63,675 nucleotides of DNA from an uncultured SAR324 cluster bacterium (GCA_902564345.1 CACFAY010000005.1:1-63675); one strand, 5' to 3'. Positions 27,985 to 38,624 are shown, numbered from the stretch's first letter. The notes: generated by a model not told the origin, from the sequence alone. Numbers and translations are program-made.

Positions 27985-29319
27985 TCAACGCAAATATAAA
28001 CGTTGATCAGGATTAAATTTAGATATAGTAATCAAAGGGTTAGTACGTCGACCGTTAATAATTATTTCATAGTGTAAGTGCGGACCCGTGCTACGCCCGG
28101 TACTTCCAACTAATCCAATTAGGTCTCCACGCTTAACCTTCTGGCCGCGTCTTACATCTATTTTAGATAGATGTGCAAATCGTGTTCTATAGCGCACAGT
28201 TTTTTTCTTTCCAGGAAAGAAACCTCTGCCATGTTGGAGTTCTACTAGTAGACCAAAACCATATTTGCGACTTGCAATTCTCACTATTCCATCAGCTGGT
28301 GAAAAAATTGGAGTACCTCTTTTTGCCTTAAAATCAAGTCCACCATGGAAAGCTTTTTTCTTTGTAAAGGGGTCTGTACGCATTCCATAGCGGTCAGATA
28401 ATGCTCTGCTTCTAAGTGGTATTATGGTAGGTGTATGTCTCCAAAATGTATAATTTCTATCAATGATTAGACTTAGATCCTCAATTTGTGAAACTTTTTT
28501 ATAGTAATCATCTGAGCTACTATAAAGGAACTGACGCAAAATTCCAGGACTTAGCAATTCTTGTGGAGAATCAAGTGACATTCTATCCAAAATTGTAGGT
28601 CCACCACGACCGGTTTTTGTTTTTTTTGGTTTGCTTTTTTGAACTTTGCTGAGCGAAATCCCTGTAGTATTTGTAATCTTTTTTGCAAGTCTTTCTGCAG
28701 TCTCTTGGTTAACTTTAAGGAATTCCATATGCTCTGATAACTCCTGCTCTGTTACAACTAGTTTTCTGCGTAGTTGCTGTATGGTATTTTCTTGTTCTTC
28801 AAAACCTATGCGCCTTGAAACATATTCCTGAAGATTTTGATTAAAAAGGACAAAATCCTGATGTACCATTTTCAACCACTTTACTGTCTGCTGCGGATTT
28901 ACTTGATCACTTAATTTAGTTGAACACTCACCTTCTAATGTCTGACAAATATAATTATGCATCTCATCAATTTTTTTTATGTTCGAACTTATAAGAGCTG
29001 AATGTTTTTTGAACATTAACTTGCTGTTAAATGCGGACTGCTTAAGTTCTTCCACATAATCTTCAAGAAAAGCTATATGAGCTTCACGGCCATCATAAAG
29101 ATCAATTTGTTTTTGGTATGCAGTTTTAGCTAATTCCTGTTTTTCAAGCAACTTTCGCTGATTTGAAATTTGCAGGTATTGGTCAAAATATATCCAAATT
29201 AATGTGGCAGCAGCTGTTAAAAATAATAAAAGTAGGAAAAAAATAAATTTGCTTCCCCAATGATACTGGTGAACACCTTTACTATTTTCCTTTAAAAGAA
29301 TTATTGAATAATTTTTCAT
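27985..29319 (-). CDS. Membrane-anchored coiled-coil M23 (LytM) peptidase
   Basis: N-terminal TM, long coiled coil, HGGLDF ... GSTGRSTGPHLHYEI. Confidence 0.85.
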   Translation of the reverse strand: MKNYSIILLKENSKGVHQYHWGSKFIFFLLLLFLTAAATLIWIYFDQYLQISNQRKLLEKQELAKTAYQKQIDLYDGREAHIAFLEDYVEELKQSAFNSKLMFKKHSALISSNIKKIDEMHNYICQTLEGECSTKLSDQVNPQQTVKWLKMVHQDFVLFNQNLQEYVSRRIGFEEQENTIQQLRRKLVVTEQELSEHMEFLKVNQETAERLAKKITNTTGISLSKVQKSKPKKTKTGRGGPTILDRMSLDSPQELLSPGILRQFLYSSSDDYYKKVSQIEDLSLIIDRNYTFWRHTPTIIPLRSRALSDRYGMRTDPFTKKKAFHGGLDFKAKRGTPIFSPADGIVRIASRKYGFGLLVELQHGRGFFPGKKKTVRYRTRFAHLSKIDVRRGQKVKRGDLIGLVGSTGRSTGPHLHYEIIINGRRTNPLITISKFNPDQRLYLR

Positions 29320-29898
29320 GATATGCAGTAACTATATCGACTTTTAGACCGTGCTGAATCCTAACATGATTGCAAAATAAATTCAATTAAAGCTAAAGTG
29401 AGAAAGCTGTGTCTCCTAGGAATTAATAATAGAATTATTAGCAGAGCATTTTAATAGGGAATTCAGTTTAGCATATGCAAAATTTTCCCTTGTGCAGCAA
29501 TGTCAATTTGTTTTTCATTATTTTCAAAACATAAAATGTAAAACTCTTTTAATGGTTAGCATTATTTTTTACTCAGTCTGAAAGTTTTAGATATAATGAA
29601 TGTGATAAATTTTAATTGCTGCTGAGGTTTCATCTTAATGAATACTTTCTGAATTACAACATTCCTACTTTTTTTTCCAAAATTTAATCTAGAAAAAATA
29701 AAAATTTTCTTATTTGCAATTAGCATAAAAATTATTTGTAAGTGAGAAAGTTCAATTATTTCTAAAGTTTTATATGAGTAAATAATTACAGCTTTCGCTT
29801 AAAGACTAGCTAATAAGTATATCCTGCCAAAATCGTGCAAAATAAAAGCTTTCTAAATCTAGTTTGTTGCTCTTAACATGTTAATTTTTTTTCTACTA

Positions 29899-30996
29899 TT
29901 ATAATGGGATAAGCATTACTCTTTTTTCGTAACGTAAGTCAATACTTTGAAGTTCAGGATGTTGTTTGTCTATTATTGGAAAAATATTTTGGAAGGTACG
30001 AAATCGTTTTCCAAAATTACTATTCCCCATTTGAATTGTAAGCGGTACTGAGCGAAGAATCTGAGGTGAGTCTGGTACAAATTCTGCTGATTTCAGAGGC
30101 CAGTGTAATTTTAGGTTAAGAGGATCTGAAACATCAATCCGGATTTTCTGAGAAGACCATTTAACCATTCTAAAATGATCTGTTAATTCAGTCATTTTTT
30201 CTTGATTTTGATTTGTTTGATCATTAGAGATATTTTTAAGCGTGCCCAACAATGTTAACCCCCTCTCGAGAACTGATGAATTCAAACGCTTACCAAGTCT
30301 TGTAAATGGAATATTTAATCCTTTGATAAGTGGAAGACTCTTGTGTGGGGAATTAAGCAGTTCCTCCATAGATAATTTTTTAAGCAACCTTTGATCATGG
30401 CCTATTAGAAAAAAATCTTCTTTTTTTAAAGCAGTATTAGAAAGACCATTGTTTTTTTTAGAAATTTTAAGCATAGCAACAGGAGGGTGTTCACTTACTA
30501 TCAGATGAATTTCATCAGGAAATTTTCTTCTTATGTCAGCTTTTTGAATAATTGGATGAGTTTGCAATCGAGCAGCAATTTGATATGGCTTTAGATCTAT
30601 TAGTCTTTGTCTAGGACGAAGTCCACTGGTTTTCAATATATCCGAATCCTCTAATAGTTGGTTCCCTTCAAAAAATACTTTTTTTAGAGGTTGGTTGAAA
30701 AAAGCCTTGCCAACCCAAACGCTTCCTACTGCTATCCACAAAATAAAAATTAATCCACAAATTCCAAAGAATCTTTGAATAAACCAGCCAATTTTTTCTC
30801 GCAAAATTGCAGGTTCATTTTTGGCAAAGTAAGAAGGTAACCAAGAATTGCGAAACCCAGGCTCATTAAAAGGTTTACGAAGTTTCAAAGAAATACCTGG
30901 AATTGGATTACTACGGTTTTTCCTTACAGCAAAGGATGATGTCCCAAGCTTACGTACTGCGGGTCTACGGTTTGACTGTCTTTTAAGATCTTTCAT
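29899..30996 (-). CDS. ftsQ: Cell division protein FtsQ
   Basis: Basic N-terminus, TM, POTRA domain (FFEGNQLL...IRRKFPDEIHLIVSEH). Located downstream of murB. Confidence 0.8.
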   Translation of the reverse strand: MKDLKRQSNRRPAVRKLGTSSFAVRKNRSNPIPGISLKLRKPFNEPGFRNSWLPSYFAKNEPAILREKIGWFIQRFFGICGLIFILWIAVGSVWVGKAFFNQPLKKVFFEGNQLLEDSDILKTSGLRPRQRLIDLKPYQIAARLQTHPIIQKADIRRKFPDEIHLIVSEHPPVAMLKISKKNNGLSNTALKKEDFFLIGHDQRLLKKLSMEELLNSPHKSLPLIKGLNIPFTRLGKRLNSSVLERGLTLLGTLKNISNDQTNQNQEKMTELTDHFRMVKWSSQKIRIDVSDPLNLKLHWPLKSAEFVPDSPQILRSVPLTIQMGNSNFGKRFRTFQNIFPIIDKQHPELQSIDLRYEKRVMLIPL

Positions 30997-31083
30997 GAAA
31001 AAGAAAAAAAAATATCAATGTTTTTTTTAGCTCAGGCCTAGTGAGTTCCTTACCAAAAAAGCGCCATAGTTAAAGAGTAAATG

Positions 31084-32040
31084 TTAGCTATATATAGAAC
31101 TCTGCAGGATTTGAACCTCAGGCATCAAATCTATGGAGTAATTTTTAAAAACTGTTTCGCGTGCAGTATTGATTAAACTCATAATATCATCAGAAGATGC
31201 ATTACCTAAGTTAACAATAAAATTTGCTTGCTTAGTGCTGATTTGAGCACCCCCCTTAATTTTTCCTTTTAATCCAGAATTTTCTATCAAACGTGCGGCA
31301 TGATCTCCGGTGGGATTTTTGAATACAGATCCACAACTGGGTTGATTATATGGTTGTTTTTCTTTTCTAAACTTTTGATATTTAAGTATATTTTTTTGAA
31401 TAGTTTTTGGATCTGATTCATTTAGTGAAAGTACTGCACGAGTTATTATTCGTCCATAATTTCCATTAAGCTCAGAGTAGCGATAGCGGAATTCAATTTC
31501 GTCTTTGGCTGTACAATGTAAATTTCCTTCCATATCCATCCACTCGATCTCGTCGATAAAATCGGCAGTTTCAGCTCCATGTGCCCCAGCGTTCATTGCA
31601 ATTGCTCCACCAATCGTTCCTGGAATTCCAATTAAAAATTCCATGCCTCCCCACCCGTGAGGCACACATTTTTGAGCAAAAGTTACGTCTGCCAATGCAG
31701 CTCCAGCAGATACTTTTTTCCCCCCTGAATTAAATTTTTCTTCTAAGGGCTCCCAACATTTAAAATCACCACTCAGATGTAATATTATTCCTGGCCAAGT
31801 CTTGTCTGGCACAAGCAAATTTGAACCTTTGCCGATGACGAACCAGGGTATTTGATTTTTGTGAATGAACGGAAGCAGGAGCCTTAAATCTTTAAGATTT
31901 TTAACATCAATCACGCATTCAGCAGCACCTCCAATTCTCCATGTGTTGAAGCGCTTTAGAGACGCTTTGCGTCTTAATCGGGAATCAAGTGGAATTTTCT
32001 CTAAATCTTCCAACCATTGAGGAATTCCCTCACCTGGCAT
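31084..32040 (-). CDS. murB: UDP-N-acetylenolpyruvoylglucosamine reductase
   Basis: FAD-binding PCMH domain (RIGGAAE, GKGSNLL), C-terminal MurB domain (GSVFKNP). Confidence 0.9.
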   Translation of the reverse strand: MPGEGIPQWLEDLEKIPLDSRLRRKASLKRFNTWRIGGAAECVIDVKNLKDLRLLLPFIHKNQIPWFVIGKGSNLLVPDKTWPGIILHLSGDFKCWEPLEEKFNSGGKKVSAGAALADVTFAQKCVPHGWGGMEFLIGIPGTIGGAIAMNAGAHGAETADFIDEIEWMDMEGNLHCTAKDEIEFRYRYSELNGNYGRIITRAVLSLNESDPKTIQKNILKYQKFRKEKQPYNQPSCGSVFKNPTGDHAARLIENSGLKGKIKGGAQISTKQANFIVNLGNASSDDIMSLINTARETVFKNYSIDLMPEVQILQSSIYS

Positions 32041-32063
32041 AATTTATCCTTTGCATGATAATT

Positions 32064-32519
32064 TCAGGGATTTATATTATTTTTGCCGTCCTTTAATTGA
32101 GGTGCTGCATATAATTCTTCTAGGTTATAATATTTGCGAATTTCTGGATGAAAAACATGCAGTAAAATGTTTCCGTAATCTAGCAAAACCCAATTCCCTT
32201 CAAGCTCACCTTCTATGCCTAAATTGATCTCACCATGATGTTTTAGACGAATAATAACATTTTCAGCGATTCCCCGGCAATGCAACTGAGATCTTCCCTC
32301 ACAAATGAAAAGATAATCAGCTAAATTTGAGTTATATCGGACATCAATCAAAACGATTTCTTCTGCCTTAGAGTCCTGAAGAAGTTCAAGTATCTTTTTT
32401 GCTAATTTGCGATCTGAATTATCAGAAATCAATTCATCCAGTTGTCTCTCGGCAAAGATTTTTTCTGATACCTTTCCATTTTCTGTGTTTTTCTGGAATT
32501 TTAGCGTTTCAGAAACCAA
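32064..32519 (-). CDS. rsfS: Ribosome silencing factor
   Basis: Iojap/RsfS core (ADYLFICEGRS, WVLLDYGNILLHVFHPEIRKYYNLEELY). Confidence 0.85.
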   Translation of the reverse strand: MVSETLKFQKNTENGKVSEKIFAERQLDELISDNSDRKLAKKILELLQDSKAEEIVLIDVRYNSNLADYLFICEGRSQLHCRGIAENVIIRLKHHGEINLGIEGELEGNWVLLDYGNILLHVFHPEIRKYYNLEELYAAPQLKDGKNNINP

Positions 32520-32609
32520 ATTTTGTTTTTATTAAAAAAATTTATAAAGGTAAATTTATCTACGAATTTTTGCCTGAAATGATCTAATGTTATATTTCCC
32601 AAAACTTTA

Positions 32610-33566
32610 TTAATTGTCTTTAAATTTTCTACCCTGCCATGTTTGTTTTTCCTCTAAATAATCATCAATAAACTGAGTTGGGCGCATTTTTTCTCGAGTC
32701 CAAGATGGTGCCACTAACTGGTCCCACCTAGATGCTACTGCAGCTAGACGATGCACTGTGATTTTTGGAGAAAGATTTTCAAGGAATATAGCTACTCTGC
32801 GAGCGTATTCTTCTAGCTGTATTGGAAAAAATTTAGATTCTTTGTACAACTTTTCAAGTCCTGTGTTTCGGAGTACATGTAGGTTGTGAAGCTTTACTCC
32901 GCTAATTTCTAGTTCTGACAGTAATTTTGCTGTTTCTCGAATTTGTTGATCAGTTTCATCTGGAAGCCCAAACATTAAATGCACACAGATATTGACATTT
33001 TGCAAAGATTTTAATTTCTTAATTGCTTTAATTGAAGTAGCGCTGTTATGACCTCTTGACAGAAAATTTAGTTGATTATCATCAAAAGTTTGTGCTCCAA
33101 GTTCTACTGATAGATATTGTTCTTTGGAGAGATTAGCAAACTTATGCAGAATCCTTTTTGGAAGACAATCAGGACGAGTCCCAACCACTAAACCTACTAC
33201 ATCTGCTTCATTTAAAGCTTCATCATACAGAGTTTCTAAACAACTAAAATTTCCAAAGGTATTAGTGTAGGCTTGAAAATAAATTAGAAATTTTTTAGCT
33301 TTATATCGATTTCTGATAGCCTCTCGGTTTATTTGGATTTGCTTCATTATAGGTAAATCTCTGAATTGATGATAAGCAGCAGAGCCCCATTCATCACAAA
33401 AAATGCATACATTCATTCCTTGATGACCTTCCCTGTTTGGACATGACTTTGCTACTGAAACACTAACTTTATATACTTTTTCACCAAAGAGTTCACGATA
33501 ATGTTGGCTGATCGGATAATATCGTTTCCCGTTTTCAAATTTAGTGCTATTATTCACGGTATTCAT
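32610..33566 (-). CDS. TIGR01212-family radical SAM protein
   Basis: CPNREG...CIFCDEWGS cluster region and overall YhcC-like layout. Confidence 0.8.
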   Translation of the reverse strand: MNTVNNSTKFENGKRYYPISQHYRELFGEKVYKVSVSVAKSCPNREGHQGMNVCIFCDEWGSAAYHQFRDLPIMKQIQINREAIRNRYKAKKFLIYFQAYTNTFGNFSCLETLYDEALNEADVVGLVVGTRPDCLPKRILHKFANLSKEQYLSVELGAQTFDDNQLNFLSRGHNSATSIKAIKKLKSLQNVNICVHLMFGLPDETDQQIRETAKLLSELEISGVKLHNLHVLRNTGLEKLYKESKFFPIQLEEYARRVAIFLENLSPKITVHRLAAVASRWDQLVAPSWTREKMRPTQFIDDYLEEKQTWQGRKFKDN

Positions 33567-33710
33567 GATTTAAACTGCAAGAAATTAACTTAAAAGATTT
33601 TTTGCATTTTATATTTAAAACATAGTTATAAGTATAGATTTTTATATTAAAATTGGAGACCATGTTAACTGAATTTTAAAAAAATTTTAAAATAAAAAAT
33701 ATTATGAGAT

Positions 33711-34820
33711 CTAGGGCAAAAAACTTTTGTCAATTAACCAGTCTGTCAACAGCTGATGAGTTCGGTTTGTTTCAATCTCCCTTCCATTTAACAAAATTCT
33801 AACTGCATTTGTGTTACCTAGTGTAAGCAGATATTCTTTCTTTGCCTCCCACTGATAAATTTCATCTGTATTTAGTCTTATGTCCTTGGCCTCATTCGAA
33901 TCCACAGAAATACTTATCCATGTTCCTTCAGAAGCTTCTACTTCAAGTGTCAAAGGCTCTAAAAGAACTTGATCAACTTTTGGTTGTGACAAATCTGAGA
34001 GATTAGTTTGACTTTGTTCTGAGAGATTTATTTCAGATTCAAAATTCAATTTTTCTGATATTTTATCTTTTTCAATAAGAACTTCATTGGGCTCTTTTTT
34101 TTCAGTTAGAACATCATCATTAGTTTTGTCTCTGCCATTTGTCTCATTTTTTGCCAGATTTGAATCTTCCATAGAGGATGTTTTTATTTGTTCAAAAGAA
34201 GCAGTTTCTATATTAGATTGTTTTGCTGACTGGGAAGATTTGACAACACCACTACTTGTAACACTAATTTTTTCACTTTCTACTGATTTATCTGTAGCTA
34301 AAAAAGTTTTGGATTGTGACTGTGTATTATTGTCTTGTGTAAGGAAAGTAGTAATTTGGTATGAATAAATAGAATATAATAAGTAACCTCCTGTTACTAT
34401 AACTAAAAAAATCACAATGTTACGGATTGGATGAGAATCCTTTATTTCAATAACTGGCCTAAGGGTTTTTAGTTGTTGTTCTCCCTGAATATCGGATTTT
34501 AAAAACTTATCTATTTTATCAACAATATCAGTTTTATCTAGGCTAAGATAATTGCAGTAGGTTCGAACTAAACCACGCAAAAACACAGGTTTTGGACCTT
34601 TCTCTGGCTTACCTTCTTCAATAGCATCCAGAATTTTTACAGCAATATGTAAATGACCTGAAACGCTTTCTAGGGATAGATTTTTCGCAATTCTTGCTTC
34701 CCTAATTATGTTGCCAAGCTTTTTAAATGATTCTTCTTCCTGTGGAACGAATTCTTCTTCCTGTGGAACGAATTTTTCATCCTGTGGAGTATTTACTTTA
34801 ATCTTTTTTTTTCTAGACAT
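33711..34820 (-). CDS. rodZ: RodZ-like cytoskeleton protein (HTH, TM, C-terminal DUF4115)
   Basis: HTH LGNIIREARIAKNLSLESVS, FLRGLVRTYCNYL, one TM, low-complexity linker, conserved C-terminal beta domain. Confidence 0.7.
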   Translation of the reverse strand: MSRKKKIKVNTPQDEKFVPQEEEFVPQEEESFKKLGNIIREARIAKNLSLESVSGHLHIAVKILDAIEEGKPEKGPKPVFLRGLVRTYCNYLSLDKTDIVDKIDKFLKSDIQGEQQLKTLRPVIEIKDSHPIRNIVIFLVIVTGGYLLYSIYSYQITTFLTQDNNTQSQSKTFLATDKSVESEKISVTSSGVVKSSQSAKQSNIETASFEQIKTSSMEDSNLAKNETNGRDKTNDDVLTEKKEPNEVLIEKDKISEKLNFESEINLSEQSQTNLSDLSQPKVDQVLLEPLTLEVEASEGTWISISVDSNEAKDIRLNTDEIYQWEAKKEYLLTLGNTNAVRILLNGREIETNRTHQLLTDWLIDKSFLP

Positions 34821-35157
34821 TACTTACTTTAGAATTACTATATCCAAAACGCTCAAGGAAAGTCTCAAATGACATAGAATCAACGTAATTGGCTTGATAT
34901 AAAAGATGAAGTGCCGCACTTACTATCTCTGGGGGGTAATTGTTAATTGAAAAACCGGAAGCATTTTCAGTGAGGTTTGATTTTACAAGATCATGAAATG
35001 GTAATAAATTTTTGTTTGAATTGCTTGATATTAACTTTGTTATATCTTCACAAATCTGGTCATAATGCCTGTCGGAGATGATTGATTCATCTAATTGATA
35101 ATAAAGAAAAGAGTGCACTAGATACTGTCTGATTTTTTGCTGAATTAATTCATTCAT
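34813..35157 (-). CDS. Hypothetical protein with a LigA Ia-domain-like motif
   Basis: FLYYQLDESIISDRHYDQICEDI resembles YYxxDxPxISDxEYDxL. 8-nt overlap with rodZ. Confidence 0.35.
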   Translation of the reverse strand: MNELIQQKIRQYLVHSFLYYQLDESIISDRHYDQICEDITKLISSNSNKNLLPFHDLVKSNLTENASGFSINNYPPEIVSAALHLLYQANYVDSMSFETFLERFGYSNSKVSNV

Positions 35158-35496
35158 GTTCAGTCATATCCAATGGTAAAATATAAATCTTAATTTAGCC
35201 AAACTCTATTTTTGAAAAAATTAATTTGTTCTACACATCTCAACTTAAAAGAAATTTCTGATTTATCAAGATTAATAAGTAAATATCATGAAAGATAAAA
35301 ATATATTAGAAAATTTTTGCACTATCTTGAATTCCTTTTTTTTCTATAGAAGATAATTCATTTTTGAAAATAACTTGTAAATCATTTGTCTATTTGACAA
35401 TAATGAATCCTCAAAAATAAATAATTTTCTATTTTAAGTATAATTTAATATTGATCGTTTTTAAGGAAATAAATTTTTAATCAGCAGGAGTAAGTT

Positions 35497-35820
35497 ATGG
35501 CAAGTGAAATGGTAATTAACCTTGAAGATTCAAATTTTGATGATGAAACCAAAACAGGATATACACTTGTCGATTTTTGGGCAGCATGGTGTGGGCCATG
35601 TTTAGCATTAGCTCCTCTGATTGATGAAATTGCTAATGACATGCAGGGCAAACTCAAAGTTTGTAAGCTTGATGTTGATAAAAATTCGCAAACAGCAGCA
35701 CGTTTTGGTGTTCGTGGAATCCCATACATAATTCTTCTTAAAGAGGGAAAAGAAATTGGCAGTGTTACTGGCAACGACCCATCACGAGTTCGTGCATTGG
35801 CAGAACAAGTGAACGGATAA
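35497..35820 (+). CDS. trxA: Thioredoxin
   Basis: WAAWCGPC active site, 107 aa, AGGAG Shine-Dalgarno sequence. Confidence 0.93.
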   Translation: MASEMVINLEDSNFDDETKTGYTLVDFWAAWCGPCLALAPLIDEIANDMQGKLKVCKLDVDKNSQTAARFGVRGIPYIILLKEGKEIGSVTGNDPSRVRALAEQVNG

Positions 35821-35836
35821 TGTTTCCAATAAAATC

Positions 35837-36637
35837 GTGCCATCTGCACAAAACTGGCTCCTTTTGCTGACATTTGATGGATCCTCTTATCATGGTTGGC
35901 AGGTTCAGCCTGATTTTCCTACGATCCAAGGCACCCTCCAACAAGCAATACAAAGTCTTACAGGAGTAAATCTGAAAGTTCATGGTGCAGGCCGCACTGA
36001 CTCTGGGGTTCATGCACTTAACTTCACAGCTAATTTTAATTCAACTTCAAAAAATATAAAAACGGCTGAAAAGTGGCGAAATGCTTTAAATGCTGTATTG
36101 CCCGAGGATATTGTTGTTAAATCGGTTCAGAAGGTATCAGCAGATTTTCACGCTAGGCATAATGCAATTGGAAAAAGATACCGTTATTTGATTGCCAATA
36201 ATTCCTACCACTCACCATTTACAAAAAATAAAAGCTGGCACATAGTTCAGGATTTAGATGTTGACATAATGAAGCATGTGGCCGAAGTTTTAATTGGAGA
36301 ACACGATTTTTCAGCATTTCGTTCTTCAAATTGCAGTTCTCCGAACACAGTCAAAAATATTCGAGATATCTCCATAAACAATTTGTATGCTCAAAATTCT
36401 ATTTTACAAATAGAAATTGAAGCTAATTCTTTTTTGCAACACATGGTAAGAATAATTACGGGCACCTTGGTTGAAGCAGCACAGGCTCGCATAAAGCATG
36501 CAGATATTAAAAAAGCCTTAAATAATGGCGATCGAAATCTTGCTGGATGTACTGCTCCAGCTCATGGATTGTATTCTTTAAAAGTTATTTATCCGGAGGG
36601 TTTGGTGAGTTGGCCTCCGGAAGTGATAGATAATTAA
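35837..36637 (+). CDS. truA: tRNA pseudouridine(38-40) synthase
   Basis: FDGSSYHGWQVQP, GAGRTDSGVHA catalytic Asp motif. Confidence 0.9.
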   Translation: MPSAQNWLLLLTFDGSSYHGWQVQPDFPTIQGTLQQAIQSLTGVNLKVHGAGRTDSGVHALNFTANFNSTSKNIKTAEKWRNALNAVLPEDIVVKSVQKVSADFHARHNAIGKRYRYLIANNSYHSPFTKNKSWHIVQDLDVDIMKHVAEVLIGEHDFSAFRSSNCSSPNTVKNIRDISINNLYAQNSILQIEIEANSFLQHMVRIITGTLVEAAQARIKHADIKKALNNGDRNLAGCTAPAHGLYSLKVIYPEGLVSWPPEVIDN

Positions 36638-36647
36638 ACAAATATTT

Positions 36648-38624
36648 ATGCAGTTCAAGCTCCAATCTGATTATAATCCTTCTGGTGATCAGCCTCAGGC
36701 CATTGAAACTTTGGTTGATGGTGTCGAAAAGGATCATAAACATCAGGTTTTGCTGGGAATTACTGGTTCTGGTAAAACATTTTCAATGGCTAATATTGTC
36801 CAGCAATTACAGCGTCCCACTCTAGTTATTGCGCATAATAAAACACTTGCTGGGCAGCTTTATAATGAATTTCAGTCCTTCTTTCCTGAGAATGCGGTTG
36901 AATATTTTGTAAGTTATTATGATTACTATCAACCTGAAGCATATGTTCCCAGTCGTGACCTTTATATCGAGAAGGATACAGCATTAAATGATGATCTGGA
37001 TCGCATGCGGCTTTCAGCAACCCGCTCACTACTTGAACGCCGGGATGTATTGATTGTAGCCAGTGTTTCCTGCATTTATGGAATTGGTTCACCAGAAAAA
37101 TATGAAAAAATGTTACTTATTTTCAAAGTGGGAGATCAAATTTCACGTCAGGATATTCTAAAAAGACTCGTAGAATTATTATACACTAGGAACGATCATG
37201 ATTTCCACAGAGGTACTTTCAGGGTTCGGGGTGATGTGATAGATATCTATTTAGCTGAATCAGAGTCGGCGATTCGAGTTGAACTCTTTGGTAATGAAGT
37301 TGAGAGTCTTGTAAGATTTGATCCCTTAACTGGTAAAAAGCAAATGTCCTACCAGCATTTTGTAATTTATCCTGCCTCGCACTATGCCGCCCCAGCTGAG
37401 CATGTTCCAGAAACATTAAAATTAATTCGAGAAGAGCTTCGTAAACGTCTGGAGGATCTCAACGCGCAGAATAAAATTCTGGAAGCACAGCGACTCACCC
37501 AGCGTACAGAATATGATATTGAAATGATAGAACAAACTGGATCATGTTCTGGAATTGAGAACTATAGCCGAATCATTGATCGTAGGGAGGAAGGAACACC
37601 GCCAGCAACTTTGCTGAATTATTTCCCGGATGATTCGCTCATATTTATTGACGAAAGTCATATGACGCTTCCCCAGCTTCGGGCAATGTTTAAAGGAGAT
37701 TACTCGAGAAAATCAACTCTAGTTGAGCATGGGTTTCGTTTACCCTCCGCAATAGATAATCGTCCACTTCAATTTCCAGAATTTGAAAAATTTCCACAGC
37801 AGATAGTTTATGTTTCAGCAACCCCAGGAGATTATGAACTGGAATTGACAAAAGGTAAGATGGCAGAACTTGTATTACGCCCAACAGGTTTGCTTGAGCC
37901 AAAAATTGAAATTCGTCCGGTACTTGGACAGGTTGACGACATGTTACATGAAATCCGATTGAGAACTAAGCGTAATGAACGGGTTCTCATAACCACACTC
38001 ACAAAACGCATGGCAGAAGATCTAACAGAATATTATGAAGATTTGAATGTCAGAGTAAGATACGTGCATTCTGATGTGGACGTTGTTGAACGAAGCAAAA
38101 TTTTGCATGATCTTCGCGCAGGAGAATTTGATGTTTTAGTTGGAATAAACCTTCTCAGGGAAGGACTGGATTTACCTGAAGTTTCTTTAGTTGGAATTTT
38201 TGATGCTGATAAAGAAGGGTTTTTACGTTCTGTCCGTTCACTGATTCAAACTTGTGGAAGAGCATCCCGTAACTCGAACGGTTGTGTCATTATGTATGCT
38301 GACAAAACTACTGATTCAATGCGAATCACGATTGACATAACAGAAAAACGCCGACAAAAACAGGCTGCATACAACCAACTACATGGTGTTGTTCCAAAGA
38401 CCATTTATCGGAAAATTGCTCCATCGCTTGCTCCAATAGAATTAGATGAAATGATCGAAGTTACTGAAGAAACTCCTGTTTACGAAACTATAAATAATTT
38501 GGAAGATAATATAAGTGAATTGGAGCAAGAAATGAGGGAGGCGGCAGAAATTCTTAATTTTGAACGTGCTGCAGATCTACGCGATAGAATTAGTGATTTA
38601 AGGGGGCAGCTTGAAAAAGGTTAG
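36648..38624 (+). CDS. uvrB: Excinuclease ABC subunit B
   Basis: GITGSGKTF, helicase motifs, C-terminal UVR domain (FERAADLRDRI). Confidence 0.95.
   Translation: MQFKLQSDYNPSGDQPQAIETLVDGVEKDHKHQVLLGITGSGKTFSMANIVQQLQRPTLVIAHNKTLAGQLYNEFQSFFPENAVEYFVSYYDYYQPEAYVPSRDLYIEKDTALNDDLDRMRLSATRSLLERRDVLIVASVSCIYGIGSPEKYEKMLLIFKVGDQISRQDILKRLVELLYTRNDHDFHRGTFRVRGDVIDIYLAESESAIRVELFGNEVESLVRFDPLTGKKQMSYQHFVIYPASHYAAPAEHVPETLKLIREELRKRLEDLNAQNKILEAQRLTQRTEYDIEMIEQTGSCSGIENYSRIIDRREEGTPPATLLNYFPDDSLIFIDESHMTLPQLRAMFKGDYSRKSTLVEHGFRLPSAIDNRPLQFPEFEKFPQQIVYVSATPGDYELELTKGKMAELVLRPTGLLEPKIEIRPVLGQVDDMLHEIRLRTKRNERVLITTLTKRMAEDLTEYYEDLNVRVRYVHSDVDVVERSKILHDLRAGEFDVLVGINLLREGLDLPEVSLVGIFDADKEGFLRSVRSLIQTCGRASRNSNGCVIMYADKTTDSMRITIDITEKRRQKQAAYNQLHGVVPKTIYRKIAPSLAPIELDEMIEVTEETPVYETINNLEDNISELEQEMREAAEILNFERAADLRDRISDLRGQLEKG

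Noticed and set aside
34727-34790. Direct 21-bp repeats near the rodZ 5-prime end (FVPQEEE x2-3).
   Set aside because: This is a short in-frame duplication in a low-complexity N-terminal tail and is unlikely to be functionally meaningful.
35481-36013. Minus-strand ORFs (130 and 82 aa) overlapping trxA and truA.
   Set aside because: They lie opposite unmistakable trxA (WCGPC) and truA genes. No motifs are present.
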